NCBI GenBank assembly: GCA_964252035.1
Contig: OZ176207.1
DNA from: Podarcis erhardii
Taxonomy: Eukaryota
Direction: 5' to 3' (one strand)
Length of the DNA stretch: 64,000 nucleotides
Positions 24,012 to 36,956 of the stretch are shown here, piece after piece. The first letter of the stretch is position 1, and every line of letters starts with the position of its first letter. The notes beneath the pieces were generated by a model, which worked only from the letters and a program-made list of their open reading frames with translations, ran no database searches and was not told where the DNA came from. A program made the position numbers and the translations under genes.

Positions 24012-24161
24012 AGGATCTTATGTCTCTTCTGGATGCTGACATACATTCTGCTCACCCAAGTGTCATTATTGATGCTGATGCTATGTTTTCAGAAGATATT
24101 AGTTACTTTGGTTATCCATCCTTTCGGCGCTCATCACTTTCCAGGCTAAGCTCGTCCCGAG
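24012..24161 (+). CDS. UBR5: UBR5 exon 8
   Basis: DLMSLLDADIHSAHPSVIIDADAMFSEDISYFGYPSFRRSSLSRLSSSR; AG/GT flanks. Confidence 0.97.
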
Positions 24162-25210
24162 GTAATTTTGCACCTTTTTTTTCTTTGTAAATAAGTAGCA
24201 TTGCTGTGCAGTACACTAGTTATAGCACATGCTGGTGATTTTTGTCTTTAGTTTTGTGTGTACAACCCTTTCCTGTTTTAAATCTAGATAAATAAAATTT
24301 CTTGCATTAAGCTGTAAAAATTGTATGATGTAAGTGTGTGAAATTAATTGCAGCAGTATGTTTGAAAAGTTTGACAGGTGAAATGTGCATGAGGCTTTCA
24401 AAAAGCAATCTGCCTAAAGCAATTTTTTAAAAAACCATGCCTACTTAGGGAGTACTTACTGAAAAACTCAATGTTTTTCTCATGCAACATTCCGAAAGGG
24501 AGTTCAATTGCTCAGTATCCATGGTACACAGGGAATTTTGTGCCTTCCTGAGTCTGGAGGCATAACTCAATAGTATAGTTAGAAGTCCTACATCTGTTCC
24601 AGTACGTAGCATTGAAAGCTCTTCTACTGCTCCTTATGCACTGCTCTAAGAGTAAACATTTTCTTTGCAAAGCGTAGTAATAATGACATACTCAACAATA
24701 GGTCAGACAAGCTGGAATTTAACTGCATTCTGAAATGGCTTGCAGTGCTCAAATTCCATATCTGTTATTCATAACCCATTGCAATGACAGAACACTTTGC
24801 ATGGCGTGAAGTTCTAAGCATGATTTGAAATGTAATACCAGATCTGATACTTAGTTATTCCATCATAGCTTCTTAAAAATAACTATTATGCGTATCCATA
24901 ACATTTTGCCAATTGTTAATCCAACCTCTATCATGATCTTCATGGAGTATTGCTCTGCCCATTCCAATTTTTTTCTGTTAGATATTCCAATACCTGAATA
25001 TCTAAGTGTTATTACAAGTTAGGATCAGTAAAATGGTTGCTGTACGTATTAGGCATAATTTTAATTTTCTTGACATGTTAGATTCATCCAATCTAGCGTC
25101 ATAAAATTATTTATGCAGTTTCTGTAGGTGATGTAGAGGATTAGAACAAAATACCTTGTCATCATTCTTGAGACATGGTTCAGACATAACATTGAAGCTA
25201 GGGTTTAGGT

Positions 25211-25450
25211 CAGGGGTCGGCAACCTAAGGCCTATGGGCCGGTAGCGGCCCACGGGGCTTGTCTAACTGGCCCATGGTGACTCCTGCCGCTGCCCTCTCT
25301 TACCAGTGCGGCACGGGGACCAACTTCCGGATTGATGGCACACAGGCGCTCCCCTGACCCAGAAGAGTGCTCGTGCGCACATGCTCCGGCCCATCCTACA
25401 ACGGATGGAGTGTAAACCGGCCCATCATCTGGTAACCTTGCCGACGCCTG
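25211..25450. mobile_element. hAT MITE, 240 bp
   Basis: TIRs caggggtcggcaa / ttgccgacgcctg; perfect 8-bp TSD gtttaggt (25203..25210 and 25451..25458). Confidence 0.9.
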
Positions 25451-27480
25451 GTTTAGGTGTTGAGTGCAGGCTGCAGGATCACAAGCATCCTCCTGCTACC
25501 TCTCCGAGTGCACACACTTTGTCTTCAGTATCTACATTAAAAGAGAGACAAAACTATTAGGGTTCTTGGAATGAGTTTATTACATGCTTGGTTTCATCTT
25601 AACTTGGATTGGCAATGGCCGCATGTAATTCCAAAGCTGGAAGGAGGAGAGAAGAGGAATTTATGCAGAAGGTGGTGGGGAGAAGGTTTACACGATCCTC
25701 TAGTCTACGCTTCATCTCTAAAAGCTGTTTTAAATGTATTTAAGTTTGACCTATTTGGCCCATTTCCCTCCAGTGATCTTGGGGATGGGTAATGGGTGGA
25801 CTTAGAACAGCCAGAGTTGTCTTTTGAGGGGGGTGGCATATTGGATGATTTTGGGGGGCAAGAGGGCTTCCCTATACAATATTGAGGTGTCTGAGGGTTT
25901 CCTTAATGCTTTTACTATTTGTTCATCTTTTTTTTTAAAAAAAATAATTAGCCCCCCCCCCCGCCAAGTATACCCCCCCTTTCCCTAACCCAAAGGCATA
26001 GTTCTGGTGTAAACAATGGCAGTAAAATTCATACAAGCACAGAAGTGGAGAGAGACTGAAAATTACTGATATCAGTATGAAGGAAAACGTTATCACAACT
26101 ACCTTTTTGTTCAAATGGAAGATTTTTTTACTGCTGTTTGAAGCAGTGAACACAATTGCTCGTCATGATTTAGTCATTCCTATTTAGCATTTTATAGGAC
26201 CTATCAACAGACAGTCAATTGTAGCTCTGTTTCAAGCAGAAGGAAACCACCTTTGTTTCTTGATTAACTTTTTTCTTTTGAAGCATAAGGAACCCTCCAC
26301 CACCTCATATCGTAGAGGGAGGCCTTTCTCAATTTGTTGAATTTGCCTTACCAGCCCCAAAGGTTGCAGAAAATATTCACCAAAACCTTTTCATGGGGCA
26401 TGAACACTACCATTAGGGTGGGAGATGATTTTTGGCCCATCATTAGTCCGAATAGATGGGTCATGGGAGATAAAAAGAAAAGTTGTTAGGAATTGGGCTG
26501 TAGAGCAAAGGGGGGGGGGGGGAGAAGAGAAGTAAGCTATGTGGAGATTAGTTTTGAAATAAAGGAAGAGAATGAAATGACAGATACCAAAAGGAAAAAG
26601 AGAGCAAGGAGGAAAGACGAGAGATTTGTTCTTAAAAAGTTTATCAATACAAATGAAGACTCATATGTTAAATGCATTATGTGCATGTACGTATATTCAA
26701 CCTCTGACTTTTCTTAAATCACTCCCTTTTTCCTTTCTAAGGTTATTTCTATGTTAAGATGAAAAAATCCTTATTTTCCATGTATGTTTGACTCTTGGAT
26801 ATTTAGCTTGATTACCTGACTTAAAATTTTAATTGTATGAGAGAACTGGAGAGTACTGGCTTTAGACAATTTTAGGCCAATTGGAGGGAAAGCATTTTGG
26901 TAAGGAACATTCTCCTTCAAAAATCTTTTTTTAGAACGTTGTCTGACTACAAAAATTTTCAGTTAAGCAACTTTGCCACAAGCTTTTAAAAATCAAAGCA
27001 AGTCCTATATGTATGTTTAAATGAAGGGGTTGGATTAGCAAATGTTACAGAAGTTTAAGATTGTTTTTTAACCTTTTCAAGTGGTGGTGGTGGTGGTTGG
27101 GAAAAATTCTGAGACTCTCTAATAAACACTCCTTTTTGGTTAGCTTAAAAAGTCTCTAAAAGAGACATTGCCTTGTTTGGTGGCATCTATTTTTCTTGCT
27201 GTTCTTTGATAAGATCACCCACAATATACTCTTTGCATATGGTACTATAAAAATCTTAAATCACCTTTTATCTCATCCTAAGTAAACAGTGAGGTATTTT
27301 TTTCCCTTCTGTTAATTCATTTTTTTTGAGTAGCTTGAAACTTCAGATTTTGAACTTTATTTCTAGTCTCATTCTTGCATTTCAAATTATTTTGGCAGTA
27401 CCAAAGTACATATGCTTGAAAGGGTTAATATTTTGAGTGTTGCATGTCATTTTTATATTTCCACTTAAGTGAAATCTATA

Positions 27481-27636
27481 NNNNNNNNNNNNNNNNNNNN
27501 NNNNNNNNNNNNNNNNNNNNNNNNNNNNNNNNNNNNNNNNNNNNNNNNNNNNNNNNNNNNNNNNNNNNNNNNNNNNNNNNNNNNNNNNNNNNNNNNNNNN
27601 NNNNNNNNNNNNNNNNNNNNNNNNNNNNNNNNNNNN
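27481..27636. other. Assembly gap (156 N) covering the acceptor and 5' part of exon 9
   Basis: Run of N directly followed by in-frame exon sequence TTG CGT GAA AGA AGG TGG. Confidence 0.99.
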
Positions 27637-27786
27637 TTGCGTGAAAGAAGGTGGCTTGATGGAGCCTCATTTGATAATGAAAGAGGCTCTACAAGCAAAG
27701 AAGGGGAGCCAAACCTTGACAAGAAGAACACACCTGTCCAAAGCCCGGTCTCTTTAGGAGAGGACTTGCAGTGGTGGCCGGATAAG
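27637..27786 (+). CDS. UBR5: UBR5 exon 9 (visible part; 5' end in gap)
   Basis: LRERRWLDGASFDNERGSTSKEGEPNLDKKNTPVQSPVSLGEDLQWWPDK; donor AAG|gtattt. Confidence 0.96.
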
Positions 27787-28789
27787 GTATTTTGGTTGTA
27801 TTTTATTTTTATTAAAAATGCAAAATTGGAATATATTGTATTTTCTGTAAATGTGGATCTATCTCTTTCCTCCCCCTGCCACCTTCCTCATCAAATGCCC
27901 CTGCATGTAAATCCTACATTATGGACATGTTTACATTGAATGTGGATCATTCGTGTTCATGTCACTTCAGTTTTGACGTGTTGCTCAATCATAAACTCAT
28001 TCACTTGGAAAATTAAGTATTGTTGAATTTAATAGAAGGGAGTTGCTTGAATGGAAGTGTGCACAGGCCTCCTGCCTTAAGTAGTTTATAGTTAGCATCC
28101 CTTTCACTTGCACAGAAAATTGTGTCAACGGATATTTTTTGGGAGCCTGAACAAGTACCCTTCTGTCTTTATCAATGTTTTTGCCATCCTTTGAAGCAAT
28201 GGGGTGATTTTTTTTTAAGCTGATCCTTTGCGTTTCTTCTGTCTATTCTTTCCCCTTTCACCAGTTGGTTCACTTGTTTTCTGTCGCCTTGCGGATGAAA
28301 GAACTCATCTTCACACTGTTGCTGTTATTTTCCTCCTTCATTCGACAAGTGTGATTATTTGTTAGTGTCAGCTGAAAATGATTCCTTTTGCTCTGATGGT
28401 ATAAAAAACAGCCATGAACCTATTTCTCTTTTCCTCCCTGCCCTTCTAAGGAACAAATGTTGTGAAGAGTGGGTGGGCCATATGATATATATTTAGCTTA
28501 AAGAACTCTACTATTGCTAGTGGTCCTATTTGAATGGACATGAGCTATTTTGTCTTTTAAACTACTTCCTATATTTGTGCCTTCCTTTCCCAGAAGACTG
28601 AAAGCCAGTCTGGACTCTTAATTAGTGTAGGCAAGTATCTGCTCCCCTTCATTATTTGCTTCCAATATTTTGGGGGTATGTACTGTGAAGTAGCCTTTTC
28701 ACAAAGAAGGAGATATAATTAAATGGGTATCTGAAGTGTAGTAGAGTCTTGAGAACAGTAGAGTCTAGAGGAAGCTGCAGATTTCAGGC

Positions 28790-28870
28790 AGGGATCTTTT
28801 CAGTCCTACCTGGCAGGAGCTGAATCGAGGACCTCTCGCATGCAAGCCATGCACTCAGTTGCTGAGCTAC
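28790..28870 (-). mobile_element. tRNA-headed SINE 5' fragment
   Basis: Reverse complement resembles a tRNA-Ala-like head (agctcagc...tgcatgcgagaggtcctcgattc), same family as 42754. Confidence 0.45.
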
Positions 28871-30329
28871 AGCTGTTGTGAATTAGCAGAATCTTACTCG
28901 ATGCAGTGGACTTATTTTTTAACCTGAGATGCCCAGCATAGGAACATTAAGCGGTGGGCCTGTTTATTCCATTCTCATCTCTCTTGGATTTGTATTCTCC
29001 TGGGTTCAGTTTAAGACACGCGTCATCAATCAAGCTTCCTGGCTTGCTTCTTCTTTGGAGAATCGAAGAATGAGGAGGCTTGCTGTGACATGATCTATAA
29101 TGCCCCTGCCTAGAGCAAGGCAAGAGAAGTGGGACGAGAGAACTGACCACAACTTTATGTGCTTTAAACATTTTTGGAGTACTTGCAGTTAAATGGCTGG
29201 GGAAGATGGAAGGGCAAGATGTAAAACGTGTGTCCAAAATTCAGTCGAGTCTTTTGGATTAACAGAATGCATCACTAATCCTTGATCAGGTAGAATTTGG
29301 ATCAAAATATCTTATGCTCCTTTGAAAGGTCACAGCATTTCACCACACCAATTCAAGTGGTTATCAGAAAGCTGTTAGGCTGAATGTAAAGATAATTCCA
29401 AAATAAGCTCTCAGTTTGTTTCGGTCATGATCAGTTTCCAAAAAGATTATCTGCCTCTTGATGCAAGCATCATATGTGTTCAAAACTGCATAGCACCTGG
29501 TTTATTTTGCTGCTTCCATTGTTTATATTCTCTCCAAATCTTGGAATTCCATAGTTTCTTTCATCTTAACAAATGACCTCCTCACTTCATGCACAATAGT
29601 CCAGCAATTCCTATCATACCTAAGCTTGGTCTTTTTTCTTCTTCCTGAAAATCCTGACTTACTCAGCAGCTTTGATTTTAATAATTAAATAATTTGTTCA
29701 AAGCACAACAGCATTTCTTCAGCTTCTCCAGATGAGGTTTATACAGATGACAACAAAACATTCCGTCATTTCTTTTGAATTAAGCAAATGAAGACTAATT
29801 TAAATTCAGGTGGCCACCAAACCCTCCTTTGTGACACCTCTTCTATATTACTCCAAGGATAGGTTTCTGTATAGGACACTTCTCAGTCCTAATACAACTA
29901 GAAACTCTTCCACTTGTATAGCCAGTGTTAGAGGAATGACCATATAATCTACTACATGTGTTTGTAAAACCTTTCTTATTTCTTCATCTACAACCATTGA
30001 ACCACTGAGTATACAGAAGTTAACATTACCTGATAAATCTTTCAAGAGTCACTTGTGCTGTTTTGGTTTTAGAGCCCCTTACATTTCAGTTCTGAAATTA
30101 CACAGAACCCACTAATGATACAGCCCAAACCCTATCAATGTCAAAAATAAAATACAATCTAAAATAATTATTTTTACCAAATATAAAACTATGTCTGATA
30201 ACCTGTCAACTTCTCACAGACACCAAATGGTCTGAACAGCTCTTTTTCCTTGTGATGAATTTATAATATATGTGAGTGTTTAGCACTCATAATATTGAAG
30301 TTTTAAGCTTCACTTGTTTGCTTTTATAG

Positions 30330-30446
30330 GATGGGATGAAATTTATTTCTATTGGTGCTCTGTATTCTGAGCTTGTGGCAGTGAGCAGTAAAGGGGAGCT
30401 GTATCAGTGGAAATGGAGTGAATCTGAACCCTACAGAAATGCACAG
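30330..30446 (+). CDS. UBR5: UBR5 exon 10
   Basis: DGMKFISIGALYSELVAVSSKGELYQWKWSESEPYRNAQ; AG/GT flanks. Confidence 0.97.
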
Positions 30447-31182
30447 GTATGTCTAGCTATGTTCTGTAAAATGTGGTAATCTCCTGTATACAAAAATGTA
30501 GTTGCTTTAAAAAAAGTACAGAGCTTCCTGTGCATCTTTAAAAGTTCTTATTACAAACTTTATTGAATTTTTAAATAAACAATTACCAAGCATAGTGTTG
30601 TCTTGCAGGACAAATACACATTCAGAAGTTCAGTCTTGTGTGCAGTCATCCACATGGTATCAAAGCAGATGTGGAAAATCTTTTACATTACAGTTGTTGC
30701 TTTGATTACACTTCAGTGTGAATAGCGAGCTCGCCGTGCCTAGTGCTGGATCTGGAAAGCCACTGCCAGTTCCTCTTCCTTAGCAGCTTCGCCATTTTAA
30801 TTGAAGATTTCAGTGGCTGGGAGAAAGTCAGTCAGGAAAGGTTTGCCTCCGGCTGTGCTTGAAATTGTGCATCTTTCCTCCTTCCCCTCAGCAGCAGCAG
30901 CAACCTGAGAGCTGGAGAGGAGCAGCCATAGCAAAGTGGTGGGGCTCTTTGATGTGTTGCTTGGCTTCCTTGTAACGTTCTGTCATATATGAATAGCGCC
31001 CATTTGCTTCTATGGCAAAAGGTATACCATTGCTCTTGGTATGGGGTAATGCCTGTTCCCTTGTTATGACTTGGGAGAGAGACAAAGACTAGGTCTCCCT
31101 CCCTGCCAAATGTTTGGTAGCCACAATTGATATTTCAGTGGCGGCATTTTAAAATATTGTCTGCTTCATTTTTGTTTCAAAG

Positions 31183-31293
31183 AATCCTTCTATACATCAC
31201 CCACGTGCCGTGTCCCTGGGATTAACCAACGAGAAGATCGTCCTCCTTTCTGCAAACAGCATCAGAGCAACTGTTGCCACAGAAAACAATAAG
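31183..31293 (+). CDS. UBR5: UBR5 exon 11
   Basis: NPSIHHPRAVSLGLTNEKIVLLSANSIRATVATENNK; AG/GT flanks. Confidence 0.97.
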
Positions 31294-32337
31294 GTATGAA
31301 ACACTGAGGATAAAATTCAGTGCCTTTAATTTCCTCCTTGCATTGCCATTCTATAGAAAAAGATTACAGCTGGCCTTCAGCAAATCATTTGCAGAGATTG
31401 GTTTTGTGAATAACCTTGAAGCAAGAACTTTTTATCACAAAAACAAGCCAGGGCGTGCTAGAAAGAAGATAAAGGAATGTTTTGACTCTGTTTGCTGTTA
31501 AAATTGAGAAGACTTTGGCCTAGTAACAAAATTAAAGAAACTTTCCTTCTTTAGAAGAAGAATCCATAAGGAAAAAACGAAGCTGCTGTAAAAGTAGAGA
31601 ATTTGTAAAGCAGGGGTGACTATCCTGTGACACTTCAGAAGTTGTTGAACTAAAGCTCGCATCATCCTCGACAGTTGGCCATACTGTCTGAGACCGACAG
31701 GAATTGTAGACTGTCAAAATCTGGAGGGCAACAGGTTAGCCATCCCAGGGGTAGGCTCTTGAGTCATTCTTGTCCTTGTATCTTAGAAAGCTTATTCTCC
31801 ATAGAAATGTAACACTTAAGGTTTCAGAAATAGGTTTGTCTTCCTTAATGACAAACTTCCCCTTGGTCTCAAGTGACCAACAAGTAGTTAGTCCATTGTA
31901 TTAAAAGTTGCAAATCCAAATATTCTAGCATAATATTCTGAGATCAAATAATTTGGTTTCTAAATAAAGATTTCTAAATAAAGTCTAGGCACTCTGTGCT
32001 CTCTGCTGCATGCATATCGCGGCTCCACCTACGAAAGCTTCCTGTTCATTTCAAGGAAGTGAGGAGTGACTGTCTACAAAGGCTTGCAGACATGGGTACA
32101 GTGGGGGAGTTTTGTGATAATGTGAACTACTTCTGGCTTGATAAAATGGTTGCAACAGGGCCAAGGCATGCTTAGAACAAAAAGGATTGAAGCAAAACGT
32201 CAAAGCACTATACTGGAAGTGGTTGCACCTGAATAATCTCAAAATTATATTCTCATTGTTTTGTATCATGCCCTGCATGAATACAAAGGCATATTTGTGT
32301 TAAGATCCACTCCAGGGCTGTGCTCTATTCCTTTTAG

Positions 32338-32492
32338 GTAGCTACCTGGGTAGATGAAACCTTGAGTTCTGTAGCTTCTAAACTAGAACATACGGCACAG
32401 ACGTACTCTGAACTTCAAGGAGAGCGGATAGTTTCCCTGCATTGCTGCGCTCTTTATACCTGTGCTCAGCTGGAGAATAACCTGTACTGGTG
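32338..32492 (+). CDS. UBR5: UBR5 exon 12
   Basis: VATWVDETLSSVASKLEHTAQ...QLENNLYW; AG/GT flanks. Confidence 0.97.
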
Positions 32493-34956
32493 GTAAGTGT
32501 GTATTTCAGTTCAGAGTCCAAATAATGGTTTTTTCCTCTTTGAAAACCAATAGAAGAGAAGTTGACATTGGCCTTGTTCACATGTCATGGTAAACAGCAG
32601 TTAATGGTTTACTAAGAATGTGCTGATCTTGCCCCCTGTGCCATTGCCTGACTAATGAATGGGAGAAACAAACCATGGACACAGCTACATTAGTCAAGAA
32701 ACAGCGTTTTGAATGTGTTATAAACATGCAACACCAGATGGTGCCAGAGGATTTGTGGTTTTGTATTATGTTGAAACCAAAGATTATGGTTTGTTTGCTT
32801 CAGACTACAACCTGTGGTCAAGGTTTGTTCTTAGCTCACTAAACATTATTTGTTTGACTGAAACTAACCATTATCCCTAGTTTTGACCTAAAGCTAAGAC
32901 AGTGATTGTGGCTCATACAGCATACAGGAGCAAAGTGGGTAAGATTGGCATGTTAACCAAATAAACCAATAACTGGTTTACCATGGTGTGAACTGGGTCA
33001 CTAAGGTACATTGAATTTACCCATCCTTGTTCATATGCATCTTTCTCTTTTTTTTAATGGAACTGAATTTTCCCTTCTGGTTAGAATTCTTTAGGAGGCT
33101 ACATTGCTTTGAAGAATTGACTGTACTTTCATCAAAGAGAAACAAAACATGTTCTTTTCCTTAAAGCATTGAAGTGACTTGACGCTGAATTATTTTAATG
33201 AATTTTGTATTTAGGATGCTTTCAGAGTTAGAAGAGCTAATGCTTTATTACTGTAACAAACCTTTGCAGCTTTACGACAATAGATATTCCACTGCATATG
33301 ACATAAAATCTATAAATTAATGTTTGTACAAGGCTGATATCACTATCGGAGTTGTCTAAGACACAACTGTAATTATTATAGTTGAGGCATTTCATCACAG
33401 GTGGTTAAGCATCTTCTGTAGGATCAGTCCAGTTTTGTATTGGCAGTCAGTGGGTGACTACATAGGTATTGTGTCCTTTGGGGGTTTCACTTGTGAAAAT
33501 ATGATTAGAAGCAGGGGTGCAATATAGAAGTTCTAGCTGCTTAATTTTACTTCCATTCCTTCATTGGGGCCTTATGTCTAAACTAACACAAAAGGCAAGT
33601 TGCTTATTAATAGTGTTAGTTGATTTTTGTAAATAGGATTTTATGTGTAATAAGAGTGTCGGTTTGATAGTGCAGGGAGGCTATTACTCTGTAACTGTCT
33701 AAACTCTTCTGTGCTTTTGCCAGGCTGTGCAGATTTGTAATGGCTTAAAGCCTTTATCTATAGATGAAGTTTTCTTAATTCTTCCAGACAATGATTAAAA
33801 AGGTGACTTGAAATTGACCATGAATGTATTCCTTATCAAGTTGTATCAAAATTTTAATAACGTTATTTTGTTTCATAGTGCATATTGTATACATTGTTTG
33901 AAGAGGACTTTGTCTGGAAATGTAGCCTAAAAAATCTTTTAATAATTATTAAATTAAATCAGATTAGTAGTGCAGGAGAACCAATGTGTCCTTAAATGAT
34001 TCAACCATTTAAGTGGCCTTGGTCAGCAATGGTTGGTTATGAACAGTCCCACTGGCTGCACAGATCATAGCAGGAACCTTCTAGAAAGTTCTGAAAGATT
34101 AGGAGTGCTTTCCCCCTCCTGCCCCATGGACTGCCACATTCCACACGTTGGAAAAGAGGTGAAACCATTACCTTCCCTCTGTTTCTTTCTGGTCACAAAA
34201 TTTGAACCCTGAATACAATTGCTTGTTTTTTGCTTTATCCTTTTTATGAAAACTATTTTCCACCTTTCTCCCCAGTCAGTAAGGCTCTGCTTAATTAGGG
34301 TTGTGAATGTGGTAGCAAGATCTCAGTCAGATTTTCACAACTCCTGCTTTGCTTTCTTACGCAGCAGTCACAATTGTTGAAACTTGTAGTTGGCTCTGAA
34401 TGCTTTATGCATGATGTTGCTGTATTGTTTTATTGTATTGTATTCTTGGCATGTTGAGTTTTATATGCTGCCCTTGCTTGAGTTAGGATGAAGGGTACTT
34501 TAAAAATACTTCAATTAAGAAATCAATTCAAAAGCAAGTCTTTGGTCATGCTGTATACAATGGTTTGTTGGCAGAACTAAGTGGGAAAAGGCTGCCTCTG
34601 CCTCCTTGGCCGATGTGTGGAAAGCTGCTGTGTATGACTGAGGGTTGGCAGCATCCCTGAGCTTTCAGTCTTTTCAGACTTTCTTGGAGGGACCTGTTTG
34701 GTTTACACAGACACATTTCCCATACATATGACTGCATGGGATACTCACTGAAGGAACCTGTAAGCAGGAATAATGTTTTCAGGAGCTCAGCTTCTCAGAT
34801 CTTATTTTATTTTATTAGCTCTAGAAATGAACATTTGAAAATGCACTTTTCCTCCCTTTTAATCAATTACGCATCACCTTGAAAATCACATTTATGGATA
34901 ATAAAGATAACACAGCTCTTTTTTTTTTAACCTTATATTAGTATTTTTCCTCCTAG

Positions 34957-35074
34957 GGGTGTAGTTCCTTTTAGCCAAAGGAAGAAGATGCTGGAAAAGG
35001 CTAGAGCCAAAAATAAAAAGCCTAAGTCTAGTGCTGGTATCTCCTCAATGCCAAATATCACTGTTGGTACTCAG
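34957..35074 (+). CDS. UBR5: UBR5 exon 13
   Basis: GVVPFSQRKKMLEKARAKNKKPKSSAGISSMPNITVGTQ; AG/GT flanks. Confidence 0.97.
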
Positions 35075-35420
35075 GTATGTAGAGGCTTACTGTGTGACAT
35101 TTTAAAGCTTTGAGAAGAAACAAATCCACCATTAAGACCCTTTTTATGATGCAGTGACATGTGCAAATAGTCTGCAGATAGACTCTAACGTAAGTGCCCC
35201 CATAACCTGTAGTGACAGAGCTTAAACCACCTGTTCATATGCAGCTCTGTGCTGTGAACTAGCTGCAACCATATTAGGCTCTTGTCTTTCTTCTCTGCGT
35301 TGTCACTGTTGCTCCTAAAAAGTTTCCGATATGCTGGTGTGCCTGTAGTTGCCCTTTTGCCTTAACCTTTTCCTTCCCTTCAAACCAGGTGCCCTTATTA
35401 GGAAACCATGTGGTAGGAAA

Positions 35421-35560
35421 CAAGGGTAGCCAATGTGGTTCCCTCCAGATACTGTTGGATTACAATTCCTACCAGTCCTAGCCAGCATAGCCAATTGCTA
35501 AGGATGATAGGAGTTGTAGTCCAGAAATATCTGGAAGGTGCACCCTATTGGCTACACCCA
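35421..35560. mobile_element. Degenerate palindromic MITE (same core family as 10635)
   Basis: gtagccaat...ccagatactgttggattacaattcc...ggagttgtagtccagaaatatctgg...attggctac; no clear TSD. Confidence 0.65.
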
Positions 35561-35776
35561 TTCTAAGACTTTTGCGGCTAAGATAGAGATAATATTCCAT
35601 ATGTCACTACTAAAAAAACTGATAAAACTATATTAAGTACTTAACCTCTTCAAAGTATTGTTTTGCTTACATAGTTTTGATTCTTCATTTGGTATGAATG
35701 GGACTTTAGGGTGAAGGATGGGTAACAAACAAACAAATAAAAAGAGTTGTTTACCTCCCTTGTTGATTGATTGCAG

Positions 35777-35961
35777 GTGTGTTTGAGAAATAATCCTCTC
35801 TATCATGCTGGAGCTGTTGCTTTTTCAATTAGCGCTGGGATTCCTAAAGTTGGCGTCTTAATGGAATCTGTTTGGAATATGAATGACAGCTGTAGGTTTC
35901 AGCTCCGGTCACCAGAGAGTTTAAAGAACATGGAGAAAGCTAGTAAAACAACTGAAGCAAA
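35777..35961 (+). CDS. UBR5: UBR5 exon 14
   Basis: VCLRNNPLYHAGAVAFSISAGIPKVG...KASKTTEA; AG/GT flanks. Confidence 0.97.
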
Positions 35962-36436
35962 GTAAGTGTTCGATACTTTTGACAGGGAAACAGTAGACGG
36001 TGGCTGAAAAAGATCTTGAACTGGCATTAGATTGTGGGTCTCTGTATTCCAGCTCCTCACTGTTTCCATAAATGAAACAGACATGAGTGCAATAGGGGGC
36101 TGTAAATACTGCTCTGAAGACTGTTTAATAAATACTTGAAAAAAGCAAGTCACACAAAGAATGGCTTTGCATTGCTTTTTCATACTGACAAAGCACATAA
36201 AGAGTATGTTGATTTCCCCCCAATACAAATTAATGGTTTGAAAATGGCCATAAACAGTTCTTCTGTATATTGTTGCAGTATATGTTTGCTGTTATATTGC
36301 ATCTGTTGCCTTAAGAAACAATTCAGAAGTTAGTATCTCTGTTCAAAGGGTTGACTAATTTTCACATTGTATTCAGGGAAAATAGATGTAACAACTGCCT
36401 TGTTGTTTTTGTTTTTTTTTTTTAAAAAAATCCTAG

Positions 36437-36546
36437 GCCTGAAAGCAAACAGGAACCAGTGAAAACTGAAATGGGTCCACCACCGTCTCCAGCTTCTACC
36501 TGTAGTGATGCTTCTTCAATAGCAAGCAGTGCATCAATGCCATATA
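36437..36546 (+). CDS. UBR5: UBR5 exon 15
   Basis: PESKQEPVKTEMGPPPSPASTCSDASSIASSASMPY; AG/GT flanks. Confidence 0.97.
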
Positions 36547-36843
36547 GTAAGTCATATGGGGAGTTTTTGCCTTGTTGAAAACCACTGAGGTACAACACCT
36601 GCCAATTATATTAATGTATCCATATTTAATTCCTGAATTATGTAAGAAACAGTGTTCCACAGAGGAATACTTACAGGATAAAATTAGCAAAATACCAACT
36701 TAAGTAAGATGGCGCAAACTTCACAGAAGGCACTTCCTGTGAAAAGTGACATAAGTAGCCATGTGCTACTTTTTTAGACATAGAATATGCATGTCGCAGA
36801 CATGCTGCAAAGGAGACTTTTAATCTGTTACTTTTTCCTTAAG

Positions 36844-36956
36844 AGCGGCGGCGATCTACCCCTGCCCCAAAAGAAGAGGAGAAAGTGAATGAAGAACAGT
36901 GGTCTCTTAGGGAAGTTGTGTTTGTGGAAGATGTTAAGAATGTTCCTGTTGGGAAG
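36844..36956 (+). CDS. UBR5: UBR5 exon 16
   Basis: [37 protein letters not shown]; AG/GT flanks. Confidence 0.97.

Noticed and set aside
27444-27939. ORFs spanning X runs (up to 156 aa)
   Set aside because: Artefacts of translating the N gap; only the exon 9 portion is real.
32650-33000. Degenerate aaaccatgg/ttaaacaagccatg repeats (also about 50690, 59400..59720)
   Set aside because: Probably old non-autonomous DNA transposon relics, but I could not define their ends or family well enough to annotate them.
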